Origin: Raillietiella orientalis
Taxonomy: Eukaryota
Length of the DNA stretch: 64,000 nucleotides
Assembly (NCBI GenBank): GCA_036172245.1
Contig: JAYWIR010000042.1
Location: forward strand, 1-64,000
Direction: 5' to 3'
Shown here: one piece after another, positions 36,250-50,150 of the stretch
Layout: each line of letters opens with the position of its first letter
How positions within the stretch are numbered: the first letter of the stretch is position 1
Notes under the pieces: generated by a model
Database searches by the model: none
What the model was told of the DNA's origin: nothing
The model's input: only the letters and a program-made list of their open reading frames with translations
Program-made: the position numbers and the translations under genes

Positions 36250-38516
36250 GTTTCACCAGGATAAACCGGGGCTTTTATTATTAAAATTTTACAATAGACT
36301 TTGTGATAAAGTTTGATCTTTTTTGCAGTGTTTTCAGTCAGAACACATGGTTCTGACTGTCTTGTTGCACTTGTCCTTACCGACCCGCAGGCCGGTGAGG
36401 TCCTCTACACGGGCGAAGGGGACGAGAAAACCAAGAAAAAAAAAGAACAAAAAACAAAAGCACAAGGGGGGATAAAGTTTTATGGGGAGGGAAGGGAAGG
36501 GAAGGCATTACAGTACGCCTCTAGGAGGCCTCTGCATCCGGTTTTGGATGCAAGTGAGGGTAAATGTTTCCTCAACCGGCGTCATCGAGAAGTCTTCTCC
36601 ATGAAAATGACTGCCCAATGAATTGCATGCTGGCTTTGGTGTCCTCTTTTCGATAGAGTCCAATTCTCCAGGATTCCGAGTATTCAGCAGCGAACTGCAA
36701 CACGTGGCTGCAAGCAGGGCGTTCCACAACAGGAGGCGACGGAAAATGTCTTTTGGGTCGCCCACCGGAATGTTCACAATCGACGAGAGTCGATCTTACA
36801 TGGGGCAGAGGGCGACCCATTCGATCAGGAGGTGGGGGAAGGTTTCCCGTTCCCCGCACCTAGCACAATTGGCAACTACACTCCTTGATGTCCAGTGAGA
36901 GAGGCGTGCTCTGCAAAGGAGTCCCCAATTCAGCACTAGCAGCTCCGTCTCCTGCCAATCAAAAGGGAGGGTGCTCTTGTTTCAATGCGTTGGTGGCCAC
37001 TTCACCTCCTCGGGAGGTATTTTGAGTAGCTCGCCCCAGCGCACAAGTTCATTAGGCGGGACACTCGGGGTTGCAGAGTCCGCTATTTCCTGAGATGTTC
37101 ACGCCTTCAGGAGTTTTTTCCTGCTTCCGATGAGGCAGGACACTTTCCACGATGCCTTCTCTTGGCTGTCCCTAGCTTCTCTCAGGGAGGGCAGAACAAG
37201 GGCAAGGAGGGTGAAGGAATCCCGCAGAAGTTTCCGTGGGTTGGAAACGATCTCCGGCAGGGGCTGGCTAGCGTACCTGCCTCGACGTAGTCAGGAGAAG
37301 TCCACATCTCTGTAGCCGTTGATCTTTGCCCATGCCAAAACGGACTCCTGAAGCCAGGTACTCCAGTTCGCGGGGACGCAGGAGACCCACGGATTTTCCC
37401 TCATCAGGGCAACCAAGTGCCTCAGCAGAAACCCACAATGGTTCAGACTGCGGTCGTTGGCCACAAGGATCGTGGTCAATCCTTTGCTGCCGGTTGCCCT
37501 AGAAGCGAGGACTCGTGTAAGTGCACACCATGGCGCTGTCCAATATCTCGCCACCAGGGCGAGTTCGCGGATTTGGAGCTGGAGCTCCATGTGTTCCAAC
37601 GGGACCGTAAGGCACGGTGGACTCAGGAGACCGAGTCCACCGTGCCTGCGTAGAGCGCACTTGTCTTTCAGATGGACACGGGACCTCGGAGTGCCCCACA
37701 AGGCTTCCCTGAGGAGGCCCCTTGTCCTTGTCCTGATTTGGGATGAAGCGGGGCAGACAAAAAGCAGGGGGCAAAGGGGGGGCCTCAAAAACGTTCCACA
37801 CCGCAGCCCGTTCCTGCAAGTAAAACTTGCCGTCCCGAAACGGGACGATAGCCAACTCCAGCTTTTAAAGACGGTCGGATCAGCCGTCTGCGGCGCAGAA
37901 GTCCCCCGACGGAACGCCAAGGTACTTAAAGTCCCCGCCCGTGGGGATCCCCAAGAGGATCGAGTCCGACCGTCCAGCCCACACCGAGCCGATTTGAACG
38001 ATTGACGACTTCTCCCTGTTCACCTCCAGACCCGTCAGGTAGCAACTCGAAGAACTCCTCGAGAGCGGAAGCCGGGGCGGACCTGGGGAGCAGCAGCATA
38101 AGATCGTCTGCGTAGGCCGACACAGCTGGCGTGCCGGGACACGAGCTCGGCAGGGTTGCCAAAGTCTCCCGTATGCTCTTAGCACCAACTCGAAATAGAT
38201 GCTAAAGAGCAGGGGGCTGAAGCTGTCAGTATGCCACGTCGAATCGGCACGCCATACACGTGCCGGCCGCCGAAATTGTTATTTATAAACGCGAAGCACC
38301 AGCAGGAGCTCAGGTAGGCCAGGAAGACGGCTGGAAATCCCATGCGTCTCAAGAGCTCCAGAAGAAGTTCCTAGTCGACGCAGTCAAAAGCTTTATGCAA
38401 ATCGACTACGACTGCAAGGGATCCGGAAGCCGCTTCTTCCCCTCGGCCTTCTCCCCCTGTCAGATGAGAGTCCAGGACTCTCCTGACAGCCGCGCCTCGC
38501 GTTGTTGCAACTGCCA
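36250..38516 (-). mobile_element. 5'-truncated L1-type LINE with reverse transcriptase domain (frameshifted)
   Basis: RT motifs LAVVVDLHKAFDCVD*ELLLELLRRMGFP (~38400), SPLLFSIYFE (~38200), SAYADDLML (~38110), FKYLGVP (~37920). 3' hairpin module at 36250-36400. Perfect 12-bp flanking direct repeat ccatgacggggt at 36238-36249 and 38517-38528. Confidence 0.9.
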
Positions 38517-38559
38517 CCATGACGGGGTTCCCTTCAAGTAGAAGGGACTTTTGGATATA

Positions 38560-40480
38560 TGCGAAGGAACGCGTGCGGAAATCTTATAAGAATGATAAAT
38601 GAAACTGACAGAGTAACAACAGGTACTTGTTAATTTGAGTTCTCTGGGTGTATAGAACGAGAATTCGTTCATCCCATGCAACAAGATAAGTTTAGGCCGA
38701 GACAGATGTCTGTAGAGATAGACAACGGTATTGCTCCAACTGGATCTAAGCAGAGGCAAAACGGTCCGGAAGACAGCTGAGCACTTTCTTTCGTATGCAA
38801 GACGTCCAGTCTTTAATCGCCCAAGAGATGAGGCAATTCGCAATATGATGAATTTTATCCTTTCCGATGTGATCGACCGAAGAGAGAAGGCTATCATGAA
38901 ATCATAATCAGTAAGATCTGATCCTTACCATAAGTCTGCGATGAACTCTGTCCTGTTGGTCGACGAATCAGTCGTGCATTTTCAAGCGACATGTCTTATT
39001 CAGTCAAGGAAGCAGTCTTCCCACTTCTTAAAACAGACATCACAGATATCGCAATGTGCTCGTCTCTCTTTGACGCAAGCAATCATATCTGAATTCACTA
39101 TGGTTCCACCTTTTCTCTTACTTGGATGAAGGTTCTTCTTGTCTGAAGTTGCTAGTTCCCGAAATGGCGAAGAGCTATTATAATTCTATGAAACAGCCTG
39201 TTCTGTTCTATCTTGTTGTAATATGAATTCAAATAGAATTAAGACAGAAGGGCACCTCAGTTGGTTCCATCAGAGTTCTATAAGAGTCCATAGCCTTCGC
39301 TTCTGGACTGACCGCGTGCCCGAGAACAAAGATTTGTGGACAGGGATGATCGGAGCAGAACGCAATCCCACATAGAAGAGGCACTGTATTCTCTCCTTTT
39401 TGCTGAGAATTGAAAAATCAGCTCTGAAGTAGCATCCTGTCTATAGAAGCTACCTGCAACCAGTTCAATCCCTGGCTGCTGGAATACTTGTGGTTTCCTA
39501 TGGGATCTCCGTAAAGGATCACAATTTAATGGAAGATGAAAACAAAATCATCAAAAGATCACTAAGCGGCTGAAACCAAGGGAGCAAACACGATGAGATC
39601 GAACACTTTTTATAAAGTGCTCAAGTGAGTTGGAAATTGGGCTTTGGAGTTTCGGTAAGGAAACCTCGCAGCTCTGGATCGAAATAAGGCTGATTTCAGG
39701 AAGTCAGAAAGATGAGTCTGAATCGCATCACTTCGGCGTGGCAGATGGAAAGCTGAGGGTGAAGCTCAGTGTAAGCGATCTCTTAGGAAGAACCGAAATT
39801 GAGCTCACAGCCCATGATCCATTAGCACTAAAGAGCGAATGCATCCACTCTTCCTGTAGCTCAGTTCTTGAGGTTAAGAAAACTCTCGATCTAACTGGAT
39901 GGGATCGAGGACAGCTATCAGAACTTTGGTTTTTCCATTCCCAAATTCTGATGCGCGCACCGCGGTAGTCACTGTTTCTTTTCGGACATTCCACTGGCAA
40001 GTCTTTCTCAGTTTCCTTGCATCCGAGTCAGACGACTGGGCAGCTCAGATGGGTGCTGTCTACTGTCAAATGGCTATCGGAAAGAGTTCTTGCTTCTCGT
40101 CTCATGAAGCACAATGAGGTTCTCTGCCTTGCCCGTCACATTTACTTTCCCTTCTTAAGCTGCTAACAGCAGCCGCAAGAGGAGAACATCTCTAGAATGC
40201 TGCTGATGGGTTACAGGAGAGGACGAGGATGAGCCATAATGCGCTCTATGCTTCCACGGAAGCAGAGGTTTTCCTTCTCCTTCCCCTCCTGCTGTTTCGC
40301 CTTCTAAGGAGACAGTGACGCTGTCAGAACGTACACGCCTCACATCCATCTCGATGCTCGCAGGCACGTCTGTTTCTTCCTTTGGAAACTCCCTACTCTG
40401 GGAAAGCTCCGGATCCCCTTCAGAAACCGGCCTAGTAAGAAAGCAGCTTGGAAAAGACGGGAAGACCACTGTCAAGAAAG
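38560..40480 (-). pseudogene. Decayed PPR relic (5' side of the LINE insertion)
   Basis: KFIILRIASSLGRLKTGRLAYERKCSAVF (cf. TFxxILxACASLGxLxxGRxxH) at ~38800; EMDVRRVRSDSVTVSL at ~40330. Confidence 0.55.
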
Positions 40481-41299
40481 CAGCCGCAAGCTGAAGGTGC
40501 TGTGGACTGCGTTTTCCCTAACGCATGGACATCAGGAATGTTTTGGCTTTCCACATTGTACAATACTGACTGCACTATTGACGGAAATTTAAATGTACAC
40601 TGAAAATGTAAACGAGAAGCTTTTGGGTTTTGAAAACCTGCGGAGAGAATTGATGCCTTTTCTCAATAGTTGTTTGGGCAATGCCGCAAAAACGTTCTAC
40701 CACACCTGCTGATCGCAATCTCCTTCTTCAATAGGCCTTCTTCCGGTCCTTTTCCTGTTGTCCATTTTCCCCTTTTCCTTGTTTCTGAGGCTTCTTTAGT
40801 GGATGCAGTACGCCTTGCCCATTTAACACTCCTCCTAGCATGCCTCTGCTTCTAGACGTCGAATTAGTGGTGCTCCTCCCATATGTTCAGCCAATGTGCA
40901 GAGTGCTGAGCTCCAAAATGTGTATTTGCAACGGAGTCACTCTGCGCCTGGGGCGACATTGATCTCTGCTCTGAGACCGGTGCTTGGATAAGCCTGAACG
41001 GTAGAGGAAAAATGCATTTTCTAAAATTTCTGGGATTGGTTTAGTTTTCTACACAGTGGTTCCCACAGTCTTTGTGTACACAATCGGTCTGGAAGGTTGA
41101 CTTTGAGTTTTTTTTCTAAGTCTTCATCCTTGATGCCTCGAGGACTGAGCAAGTCCACTATTTATCGGCCTTTGGGACAAAGTAACAATTTGAATTGTTA
41201 CTTAACAGCTTCATCTTTCATCCTCCAGTTGAAGCGAAGAGAAGTGACGATAATTTTTTATATATATACGCGTATTTGAGACTGCGAATTGAGCGCGTT

Positions 41300-43300
41300 A
41301 GTGAAATCGGTGATCCCAGATTTGATTCGAGAATTTTGTTCCTTTCTGGTTTTGGGAGTGACCATCACGTGCAGCTACTGCCAGCACCGTCCTCTCTTCA
41401 GCCTCTTTGACTCTCTGCGATGGAAACCTCTTAAAATCCGCGTATCTCCTGCTCGACTTCTGACGACTCCGACTCGGGGCTGTTTTGCAAGTGATTTTTT
41501 GTCAGGTGCACCTCCAGAAAAAACTTCCCGAGTTCTCCCTTCCCTTTTCTCACCCCTTTCTTCGCTGGCATTGCAAACTCTCACTACTGACTCTCACTTC
41601 CCTTACAGGGATTTGGACCCTCTTTCTAAAGCTTCCCCTCACCTTGAAAATTCCTCGTTTCAAGCGACCGTGAACTTCATAACGTGGATGGGATTTGGTG
41701 CTGACCAACCTGCACGGCTCCAGACTCCAGGTGTCACGTGACTACGGACAGTCCTTTTTCCATGCTTTCTTTTTCCTGCTACTAACAGCAGCACTTTGCA
41801 GGTGTATGGTCGCCGTTCCTCGAAATCTTTCTCAAGCATTTGCATTGTGTCCGTCGGATGAAACCAGCGTGGCTTCAAACACCTCTCGTAACCTACTAAA
41901 CCAAGCGTAGGCCTTCTTCAAGGGTCACTGAGAACAGACGACCGATAAAATTGCCCCTGCCGTTCAAAGTATGAAAGCAAACAGAGGATCACGGCCAAGG
42001 AAACGACGTTTGCATCAAGTTTGGACGTGCTCTAAATGGAACGTGGGTCACTCCCCCCCCTCTTCCTATCACTGCTCGGTGCCATCCTTTCGCGTACCTA
42101 CGACAGCCTCTCAGCTTCTCTGGGCGGTTGAATTCCTCGATCCATTCTCGCAGCCGAAAGCTCAACGTCTTCGACTGCCAGCATAAAGAAAAAAAGTCGG
42201 GAAAGCTGCTTAAGCTGCGGTGGGACTCTGTGCCTCGAGGCGGTATTTTATCCGAGTAGAGAGCTCTCAACTCGAACACTTCTTTACTTATCAGCAGGTG
42301 CACAAACTCGGGCCGGTGTGACCAGGTGGAAACGTTCCTCTGCTTCCAGCTACGGCTCTGCTGCGGCGACAGGAGCAAGCAGCGCCACAGCAAAGCGAAG
42401 AAGGCACCTTTGCGCTGGCTCCAAACGTGGCTCCGAGGTCACTGAGTCCCGCTGTGCTTTCAACTGGTGCTCCTGAATCCCAGAAAAAAAATATGGCAGG
42501 GAAGGAGGAGGGGAGGGAAATAAATGAGATACTTCCTTCCTGGGTATTCTTCTGGAACTGGAGACGTTTTCTCTCTGCGGCCTGCCATTACCCCTGGACT
42601 CGGGAAGACGCTTAGGCGGGAATTGCCCTCATTATCTCACTGTATAATCTGCTAAAAAATCCTTCTTTCCTCTCCTCCCCTCCCCTTGCGACCCATTTGC
42701 ACCAGACGACTCCGAGAAAATGGAGGGTCTTTTCATTCTTACCTTCCCCAACCATCTATCCCTTATGTGCACAGTTTGAAGGATGTTCCTGACTAGCTTT
42801 CATCCTTTCTGACGGGACTCGCATGTACGCGGCGTCCACGCGTCGCCGGCTAATTGACCCCGCTGCCGTTTTGGCGCAAGGACGGAAGGAGAAAGGGAGA
42901 TCCACGGAGGAGCTGCGCCTGATTGGAGGCTGTGGGTTTGCCTGGAGTCCGGGCGCGATCGCGAGGCGTCCGGCGAGCGGCAGGAACATCGCTCCCTCAA
43001 CACCCCGGGAACACCGAGACCGCGAAAAAATGCAGCCCTTTTCGCGGCCCCCCGAGAGACTCCATCCCGTGCTCCCAGCCCTCTCCTCTCCTCGGAACAG
43101 TTAATCCTCTGCAGCGGACCTCCCTGACGCTGGCGCGGCTGAGCGCATCTGTAATTGTCAGCCGTCAGGAGGAGGAGAAAGAGGAGGAGCAGATCCCGGG
43201 TATGCTCCCTTGTCCTCTCGTGTCCCACAAGCACGCGCGTCCTCGAGCCTCTTTTCCCTTTCCTCCCGCTCCTCTGCTTCGCTTTCGACGCTTCCTTCTT
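41300..43300 (-). mobile_element. Degenerate LINE ORF1-like region
   Basis: GC-rich disrupted coding sequence with EVFELRALY...HVPFRARPNL (pre-knuckle motif shared with the 63-kb copy). Confidence 0.35.
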
Positions 43301-43899
43301 CGAAAAAGTGCGTTCCCTGCTTGTCTACTGCATGCTCATCCCGCAAACGGGAGGCTGCCGGAAATCCTAACGGAAAGTCCCGGGAATTTTGCGCCGTCCT
43401 TTAGCCCTGAAGGCTTCCTCCCGGAATTTCGAACCGCTCGCGTAAAACGGAAGATGGACGAAACGGGAGGAGAGGGAGACGTGTTCCCGCCCGAAATGGA
43501 AGGGGAGAAACTTCACCGAGGGAAAAACTCGGCAGGGAGCAGAGGAGAGAGCCAATGAGTAAATGAATCAACGGGGAATGAGACGGGATAACCTCATCGC
43601 GAGAAGTGGTCCAGGGGGGAAGGAGAGGGGAGGAACGAACTCGAGGGAACGGGGAGCCGCTGCTGCCACTGGATTTGTGCTAGTGATTTTGACGTGATGG
43701 TGCTGAAGAGCCCCGGAACCGCGCATCCCGGCATCGACTCACTCTGCACGAGGGCGGCGGCGGTTACCCGTTGGCTCCCTGCAATGGCGGTCTCCACGCT
43801 TTCCTCTTCCATTTGGCGATCGCCGCCGCTCTCACACGTGGCGGCAGACTGCAGTCAGGAGACAGCCTGTGAGCTTGGAGGAGTGGACGTTCTTCCGAG

Positions 43900-46800
43900 A
43901 AACACTTTGGAAGAGTAAAGGGGAGTAGGGAATCATCGAAAAGTTAGGTTTTCCCTGTGATGCGCTTCCATCCTTGCTCCAGATTGATTGCATTCCGACG
44001 ATTACATGAGGAACAGTTTCCACCGCTCCAGGGTGGCCTTGGTTCTTGGAGATCCTCTCCAAGGACGCTTGACGACATTTCTCTCTTGCAAACCGGGATG
44101 AGCATAAGAGTTTCTCGTCGGAGATAGACGATCCCTCGATCATTTCCGAGTATCGTAGGGACAGCATGGTCCAGTCGTCCACGGGGGATGAACAGCCAAT
44201 GCAGAGTGGGCGGGAGTAAGAGCGGAAAGATGAATTTTTTTTCCCACGTTCAAGAGAAAGGTAGAGGGATGGGGTGCATCCGCGCAGTTTGATGATCCTC
44301 CGAGGACAACAGAGAACGAGACGCGGAAAGGAGCCGCGGTAACTCGTCAGGGGACTCAGGGGGTCCTTTGCGAGAGTCCTACCTCAGGAGCGACCCGGAG
44401 AGCGGCAGCTCTTCTCAAGACGATCCTTCCCCCTCTTCCTTTTCCCAGCATCCAAGCGATCGATGGTGCATTCTCCGAGACGAGCTCGGGAAGGAGCTGT
44501 ACTTTCAGTCGAGATCTCAACGGCGCTGCCACGGAGTGGCTGAAGAGAGGAAACACCTGCATCCTGTAAGTGCGCACTCCGACCCGGTCTGCCTCAACTA
44601 TTCGTCCTTCTTTCCCTTCCGGTCGCCTCTGAGGTCTTCCATGCCGGGAGAGCCGGGAGAAACCGTACGGAAGAAACGAAAGGACCTTGACGGGAAGAAG
44701 AACTCGAGGTGCTCCTGACGAGGAAGGGATGTGATTCTCTGGAGGAAAATTCGGGAAGGGGTTGGGAGTAAGAAGAGGCCCAGTAAGTCGATGATAACCA
44801 AAAGAAGGCCCCGTCTCCTGCGTTTGTTTCCTTCAAGGAGTCCATGTTTTCCATCCGGTCATGCAGGAGCATCCTTTGTGTCGAATGAATGGAGAAAAAA
44901 GGAATGGGAGAATTCCGCCGGGCTCTTACAGAATCTTATGGAAGAAGCGAAGGACGATCCAGACCATCCTGCAATCGATCCGGGGGGAGGGAAGGGAGTC
45001 ACAAGAGACCCAGGCTGATGATACACGAAGCGAATCAGACCTCACCCCAGCTTTCCGTTCCGGCGAAAACGACTGCAGGGCATCGAAAAGTACGTCCGGA
45101 AGGAAAGGGATCCGTGACGCGACCATCCTGCGGAACGACCAGGTCGTGCAGGAGACGTGGGAACTCCTCCTGGCGGCTGAGGGTTGTGCTCAGCCGCGCT
45201 AACTCCTAGGAGGTCCGCTGTAGGGAAGGGGATCCGGAATCTGTTCCGAGGAGAGGAGAGGAGAGCAGGTAGAAGGGGAAAGGGCATCTCGTGGGCAATC
45301 CTATCTCTGTCAGCATGCATCTCAGTCTGCTAAGTTCGGTTCGTGGCAGTGGACGTTTCCCTGCCGGATGGACCCACAGAGAGGGCAGACCCTTTCCCTC
45401 CATGCCCACAAGCTCCATCGCGAAGGCGGGCGATGAGATCTCCATCGTCGTGCACACCGCAGGCAAAAGGAGAGCCTTCGACCTGCTGGTCGGGAGCTGC
45501 TTCGCGCCCGAGAGGAACCCTCGGCGCTGCCGCAATAGAAGGGGAAAAAGGGGAAAAAATAAACAGAAACGAATAAAACACGAAGAATGGACCGCTGAGA
45601 AACATTTGCTCCCTCACCCAGAGTTTGCAAGATACAGATGTTTTCTCCTGTTGCGGTCAGACAAGGAGGACTCCTCGCAGAATGGAGGCTGCCTTCCCTC
45701 CCCCCTGCCTGCTGAGCTCTCACACAGAGTGGCTGATGGGGTCACTTGAGATCCAGAGACTCGAAGGGGGAGCTCAAAAGCTCCGAATGTGCAGCAGGGC
45801 TGGGGCACTTACCACCTCACGAAAGGCATGCAGAAGTCTTGCGGGGGAAGGAACGAGCCCTGGAAACGGACATCCGAGAGATGGAATCTCCGGATGAGCG
45901 GAACTGGGAGAAGCGAAGAAGGAAGTGTGGGGAAAGGGGAGGATGCCTTTCCTTCTCTGCTTCGAGAAACCTGGCGGATGGGGAGGGAGGGAGGTGAAAT
46001 GCAGGCAGGCAGCATCGCGAGCTGCGAGCAGCTGGCACGCGCACATCGCACATGACGGACTCTTCCCGTTCCCTCTCAAAGGACATATTCCTTGCGATCA
46101 GGGGCCCCCCGCGAATGCAGAGAACTTCGGAAGCAGACTCGGAAATCTTCCTTTTCCTTTCCTCTCTTCCTTCGCGTCCAACGGGAAACTGGGAAAGTGC
46201 ACCAACGCAGAATCTTAAGAGAGGCGTGTTAATGAAAACATCCAGTGGACGGTCGAAAAGGCGCAGAGGCGCGGACAATCTACTCAGGCGGAAACCAGTG
46301 CAGCGCTGTCCGTGGGGATCCCCCTCTCTCCTTGTATCATGCAGCAACCCCTGCCGCGGAATCTGAGAGTCATTGGGAGAAACGCCGACAAAAGTCAGCT
46401 GCACTTTTGAGCTCGGGCTGGAAGGGCGTACGCTCTCATCCGGACAGAAAGAGTACTCCGGGAGCCAAAAGGCTCCATGCTCCTTCTCCTCCTTATCTTC
46501 TTGCTTCCTTGATCTTCTCTCGGAAGCAGGTGGGCGGGTTGCTCTCCCGTTCCCAAAGGTGCCGGGATTGCAGTCCTGGGAGACCGTACGGAAGCTGTCG
46601 GTGTATCCTTCACTCCTTCGCCGCGATGGGGAGCTCCAGTTCCAAACCATTCATGGGAATCCCTTCCTTCGGAGGGAAGCCATCCTGATTTCCTGGACAG
46701 GAAGGGAAGGGAAAAAAAACAGATCTTGGCGGCGCTTCCAGGAAATTCTGTCCCCGGACGCGCTCCTGATGGCCTGTCGCACCGAGCTAGCGAACGAGCG

Positions 46801-47220
46801 AGAGCGAAGGGGAAGAGGAGGAAGCGAGTAGTTCATGCACAAATCTTCCAGAACCTCTCCCGTTCCTTCCCTTCCTCTTCGGCTGGCTCCGATCTGCACG
46901 TCAGCGCAGCGGCAGACCCCGTGAATGAGCTCTTCACTGGCTGAAGACGGAGAAAACGGGAAAGTGCGTCGTGGAGCACATTCCCGGTCGGCCTTCCCTG
47001 ACTCTTCTCGGAGAAGGTGGGTTGCCCCAAGCATCCCTTGTCCACGCAGCACAATCCCCTGTCTCGGAGCAGCGTCGACGATCCCCGAGGACCTCGTGAA
47101 GAATCTTCCGCATCGTTTCGAATTTTGCACCGGGATGGAGATCTCTCCAAGTGTGTGGGAGGGTTCCTTCTCCTCGCCTCAGCGAAGGAAGGAGATTGGG
47201 AAAACGGGAAGCGGTACGTT
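43900..47220. mobile_element. Cluster of degenerate LINE fragments (two plus-strand endonuclease/linker pieces separated by a minus-strand ORF1-like piece at ~45.3-45.5 kb)
   Basis: DRWCILRDE...SAHSDPVCL (44368-44718); EWENSAGLLQNL...GGGKGVTRD (44731-45018); RRGADNLLRRK (46052-46366); minus-strand EIGLPTRCPF. Confidence 0.4.
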
Positions 47221-47649
47221 ATGTACATACAGACCGAACCCCGGAGAACGAGGTTCGTCCGTCCCATTCCACCTTGTTTATCTGTGGTTTGGAAGTGATC
47301 GTTTTTCCGCCTCGTAATGGAATCTGCAAATGTAGACTGAAAGGGCTTGGAAAGAATTTTCGAAAGAATTCGTTACTCAATTGAACGCTCCGGTCCGAAT
47401 TTCCTCCGCAGAATCCTTTCTCCTCTCTTAGCTGGGATGCTTTTCCCAGAATGCAATTCCAAGATATTTTCAATTGTTGCAAAAAAAAAAAACATTTTTT
47501 TTTCTCTTCCTCGGCTTGTTGGAGACGACGGAAGTTTTTGCATTCGTTCCCTGCATTCGGTGGATTCCCATTCTTAATCTAATTCTAATTCCAAATCTTG
47601 GATATTCCTCAGGGATTCCCGCCGTCTCTCCGAGATGCAGACCTGAGCT

Positions 47650-50150
47650 GATTGAAAGCTGCTGGGAGCGCGCGCTGCTCGGCAGACATACGAAAGTTTG
47701 GAGGCACCATCGGTTCATCTTCCCGAGCGGTCGCTGAGGATGCGTGCAGTTCGGGGAATACTCTCCGCGGTCCAGAAGCGGTGAGGTCGGGAGGAAACGA
47801 AAGGGTCACTCGAGTTTCCGCAACCGCCGCCCGTTCATCTCAGGCACTCGGTAAGCCAATTCGACGCATCCGGATGATGCAGATCTCGGCTGATGGGGAT
47901 CGTAACGCAGCGTTCAATCCAAATGTTCCCTGAAGAAGGAGCAAAAATCAACAGCAACTCGGACTGGATAGACAACTTCCACTGTATGGAACACAGAGAA
48001 AGCCACGATGCAGTGAAGGGTAAGATTTCTTACCTAGAGAGGATTGGATTTGATGCGGATGATTTCTTGCTTGAACTGCTTATTACAAATCACGCAGGGA
48101 AGGAGGAGTCACCGCTTATTTCTTTTAATATACAGAGACAGATGTTCGATGGCGTAAATCAGGAGGACAAGAGACTTTTTTTCGAAAACCACTCGAACGA
48201 AAGAATCTGTTTTGTTGGGAAGATTCTTCCATCCGAGGCTTTCCGAATGGAATAAAAAAAAAGAAGAGAAAAGAAGAAGATGAAGAGTTGCGGGGAGCGA
48301 AAATGAAGATTGACAATAACAGAGCTGCTTACGATCATGAACAAAGGACTCTGGAAAAGACTGAGTCGCCATTTCGAAATATGATGATGACTGCTTCATT
48401 CTCTCAGGCGGACTCGTAGATGGCGAATCAGCTCATAGACATGGACTCCAGACCGTTCCTTGGCTGCATGAATGTAGAGTGCGTGGTTTCAGTGTTAACA
48501 TAAAAAGAGAGGAGAGAGAGAGAGAGGGAGAGAGAAAGAAAAGCAGCAGAGCAGGATATTCTGCTGAAGAATATCGACCTTCGCGCGCTGAAAAAAGTCG
48601 CGTTAGTAACCAGGGCGCAAAAGTGACCAAGCAAACCAGCCCTTGGGTCTACGCACTCGGAATGATACCAGCGATACTGGAGAAAGACCTGGAGAAGAGA
48701 ACGAAAGTTGAGGGAAAACTTGAGCTGGGATCGACGCGCGCGCCTTCTGGGTGCAAAGGAGCATCTGATCGAGATGAAGTTTTTGGAGCCTCCTTCTCCG
48801 GTCGCGCGGAATCTCAATCTGATTTTCGTCAACCCTTCGGCTCCTCGCTCAGTCCACAAATTCTCATCTGCTGTTGGCTTTTCTGTTACGGAGGAAAACC
48901 AGCAGAGTATCGAGTTCTGAGGGCAAACGAACGCCATGCAAGAAGCTTAACTTGGGTCACGGTTCGCATGAGTGCTTCAGACGCGATCCATCATCGTATG
49001 ATGGACCTGAGAAGTGCGTCCCCAGCCACGAATGGGATCCTTTCCTTGCTGCTGGGTTGCTCAGCCTGCTCACGCAAGGCAAACCGTGGAAGTGAAGAAC
49101 CCATCTCTTTCATTCAAAGTGGGATGAACACTGAAAAATGGAGCAGCCGTTCCTGACGACGAGGCTTTCAACGAAGAAGGATCTTCAAGTGAACAGTGAA
49201 GATGAGGTTAAGGCTAACCTAACCTGGGTAAGCCACCGAGTAGAAGTGGCCAAATGGAAGCTAGAGGGCATTCTGCTGCAGAATGACTCCGGATATTCTG
49301 AAGCAGTTTTGTGCTTTTTCGAATCCCATGTGGTGAAGGCAGAAATCCTTTCAAATGCAAGAGACTTTTCCCGCGAAGCTTCAGGGAGCTGGTTGAGGCG
49401 TCTGATTCCCACATTGTGGTGGGTCATATTAGGAAACGGTGGTCAAGTCAGCTAAGGAGCTGAGAGCCGTGATTTTCCGTTAAACGGGACAAATGGGACT
49501 TGAAGCAACAGCGAATGAAGTCTCGCGTGTGTTGCAAGTGCGGCGACCTCCTGAAACTTTTGCCCGCTCCTCGCATTTGTTGATTCGGCTACCGCAAAAC
49601 GCTGTTCAGAGGAAAAATGTCGAAAAGGCTCAAAGATTCCAAAGGAGAGGGAAAAGAGGCTCCTCCGACAAGGCAGCTGCAGCAGTGGAAACGATCCCAG
49701 CCGAGTCCCCGTGTGCTCACAAAGGAAACTTTTCCTACGCTTATATAACTTCAAATCCAAAAGGTGTTTAGTCAGCTCTGTGCATCTCCTTTACTTCGAT
49801 TTCGGATAGGAACCGAGAAGCGGATTGTCTGTCTCCCTTTGCAAGTTGGCTGCTCCCGCAGAAAGATGCGGAAAAAGTGGAACCTCTCGAAATGCAAGCT
49901 GGAATTCCATGCAAGGCATGATTAGTCGGTTTCACCAGGGTGATAACCCGAGACCTGAAACCTTGCACTTCTGGTAGCACTGTTAGAGTAGGTCTCGGAG
50001 CAGATTGCTCCATTGAGGGAAGCAGTCTGAAAAGTCTGAAAGAACAAGCTGCCAAGCAAATCTGCCAAGAGCTGCGATTCGAATCTCGGCAGGTCAAAGT
50101 TCGAAGCAGTTGCAGCGGAAGACACAGGGGATGTCTTTAGAGAGCATTTC
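47650..50150 (+). pseudogene. Decayed PLS-class PPR relic
   Basis: QMFPEEGAKINS...ERIGFDADDFLLELLI...RQMFDGVNQEDK (47893-48255); MANQLIDMD; GFSVTEENQQSIEF; ILSLLLGCSACS; WKLEGILLQNDSGYSEAVLCFF. Confidence 0.65.
48507..48543. repeat. (GA)n-rich microsatellite
   Basis: gagaggagagagagagagagggagagagaaagaaaag. Confidence 0.85.

Noticed and set aside
39500..39950. LRR-like minus-strand fragments (IPSS*IESFLNLKN)
   Set aside because: A single weak motif with no repeat periodicity.
42700..47300. Long overlapping ORFs (up to 277 aa) on both strands
   Set aside because: Expected by-product of GC-rich decayed LINE sequence, with no coherent protein.
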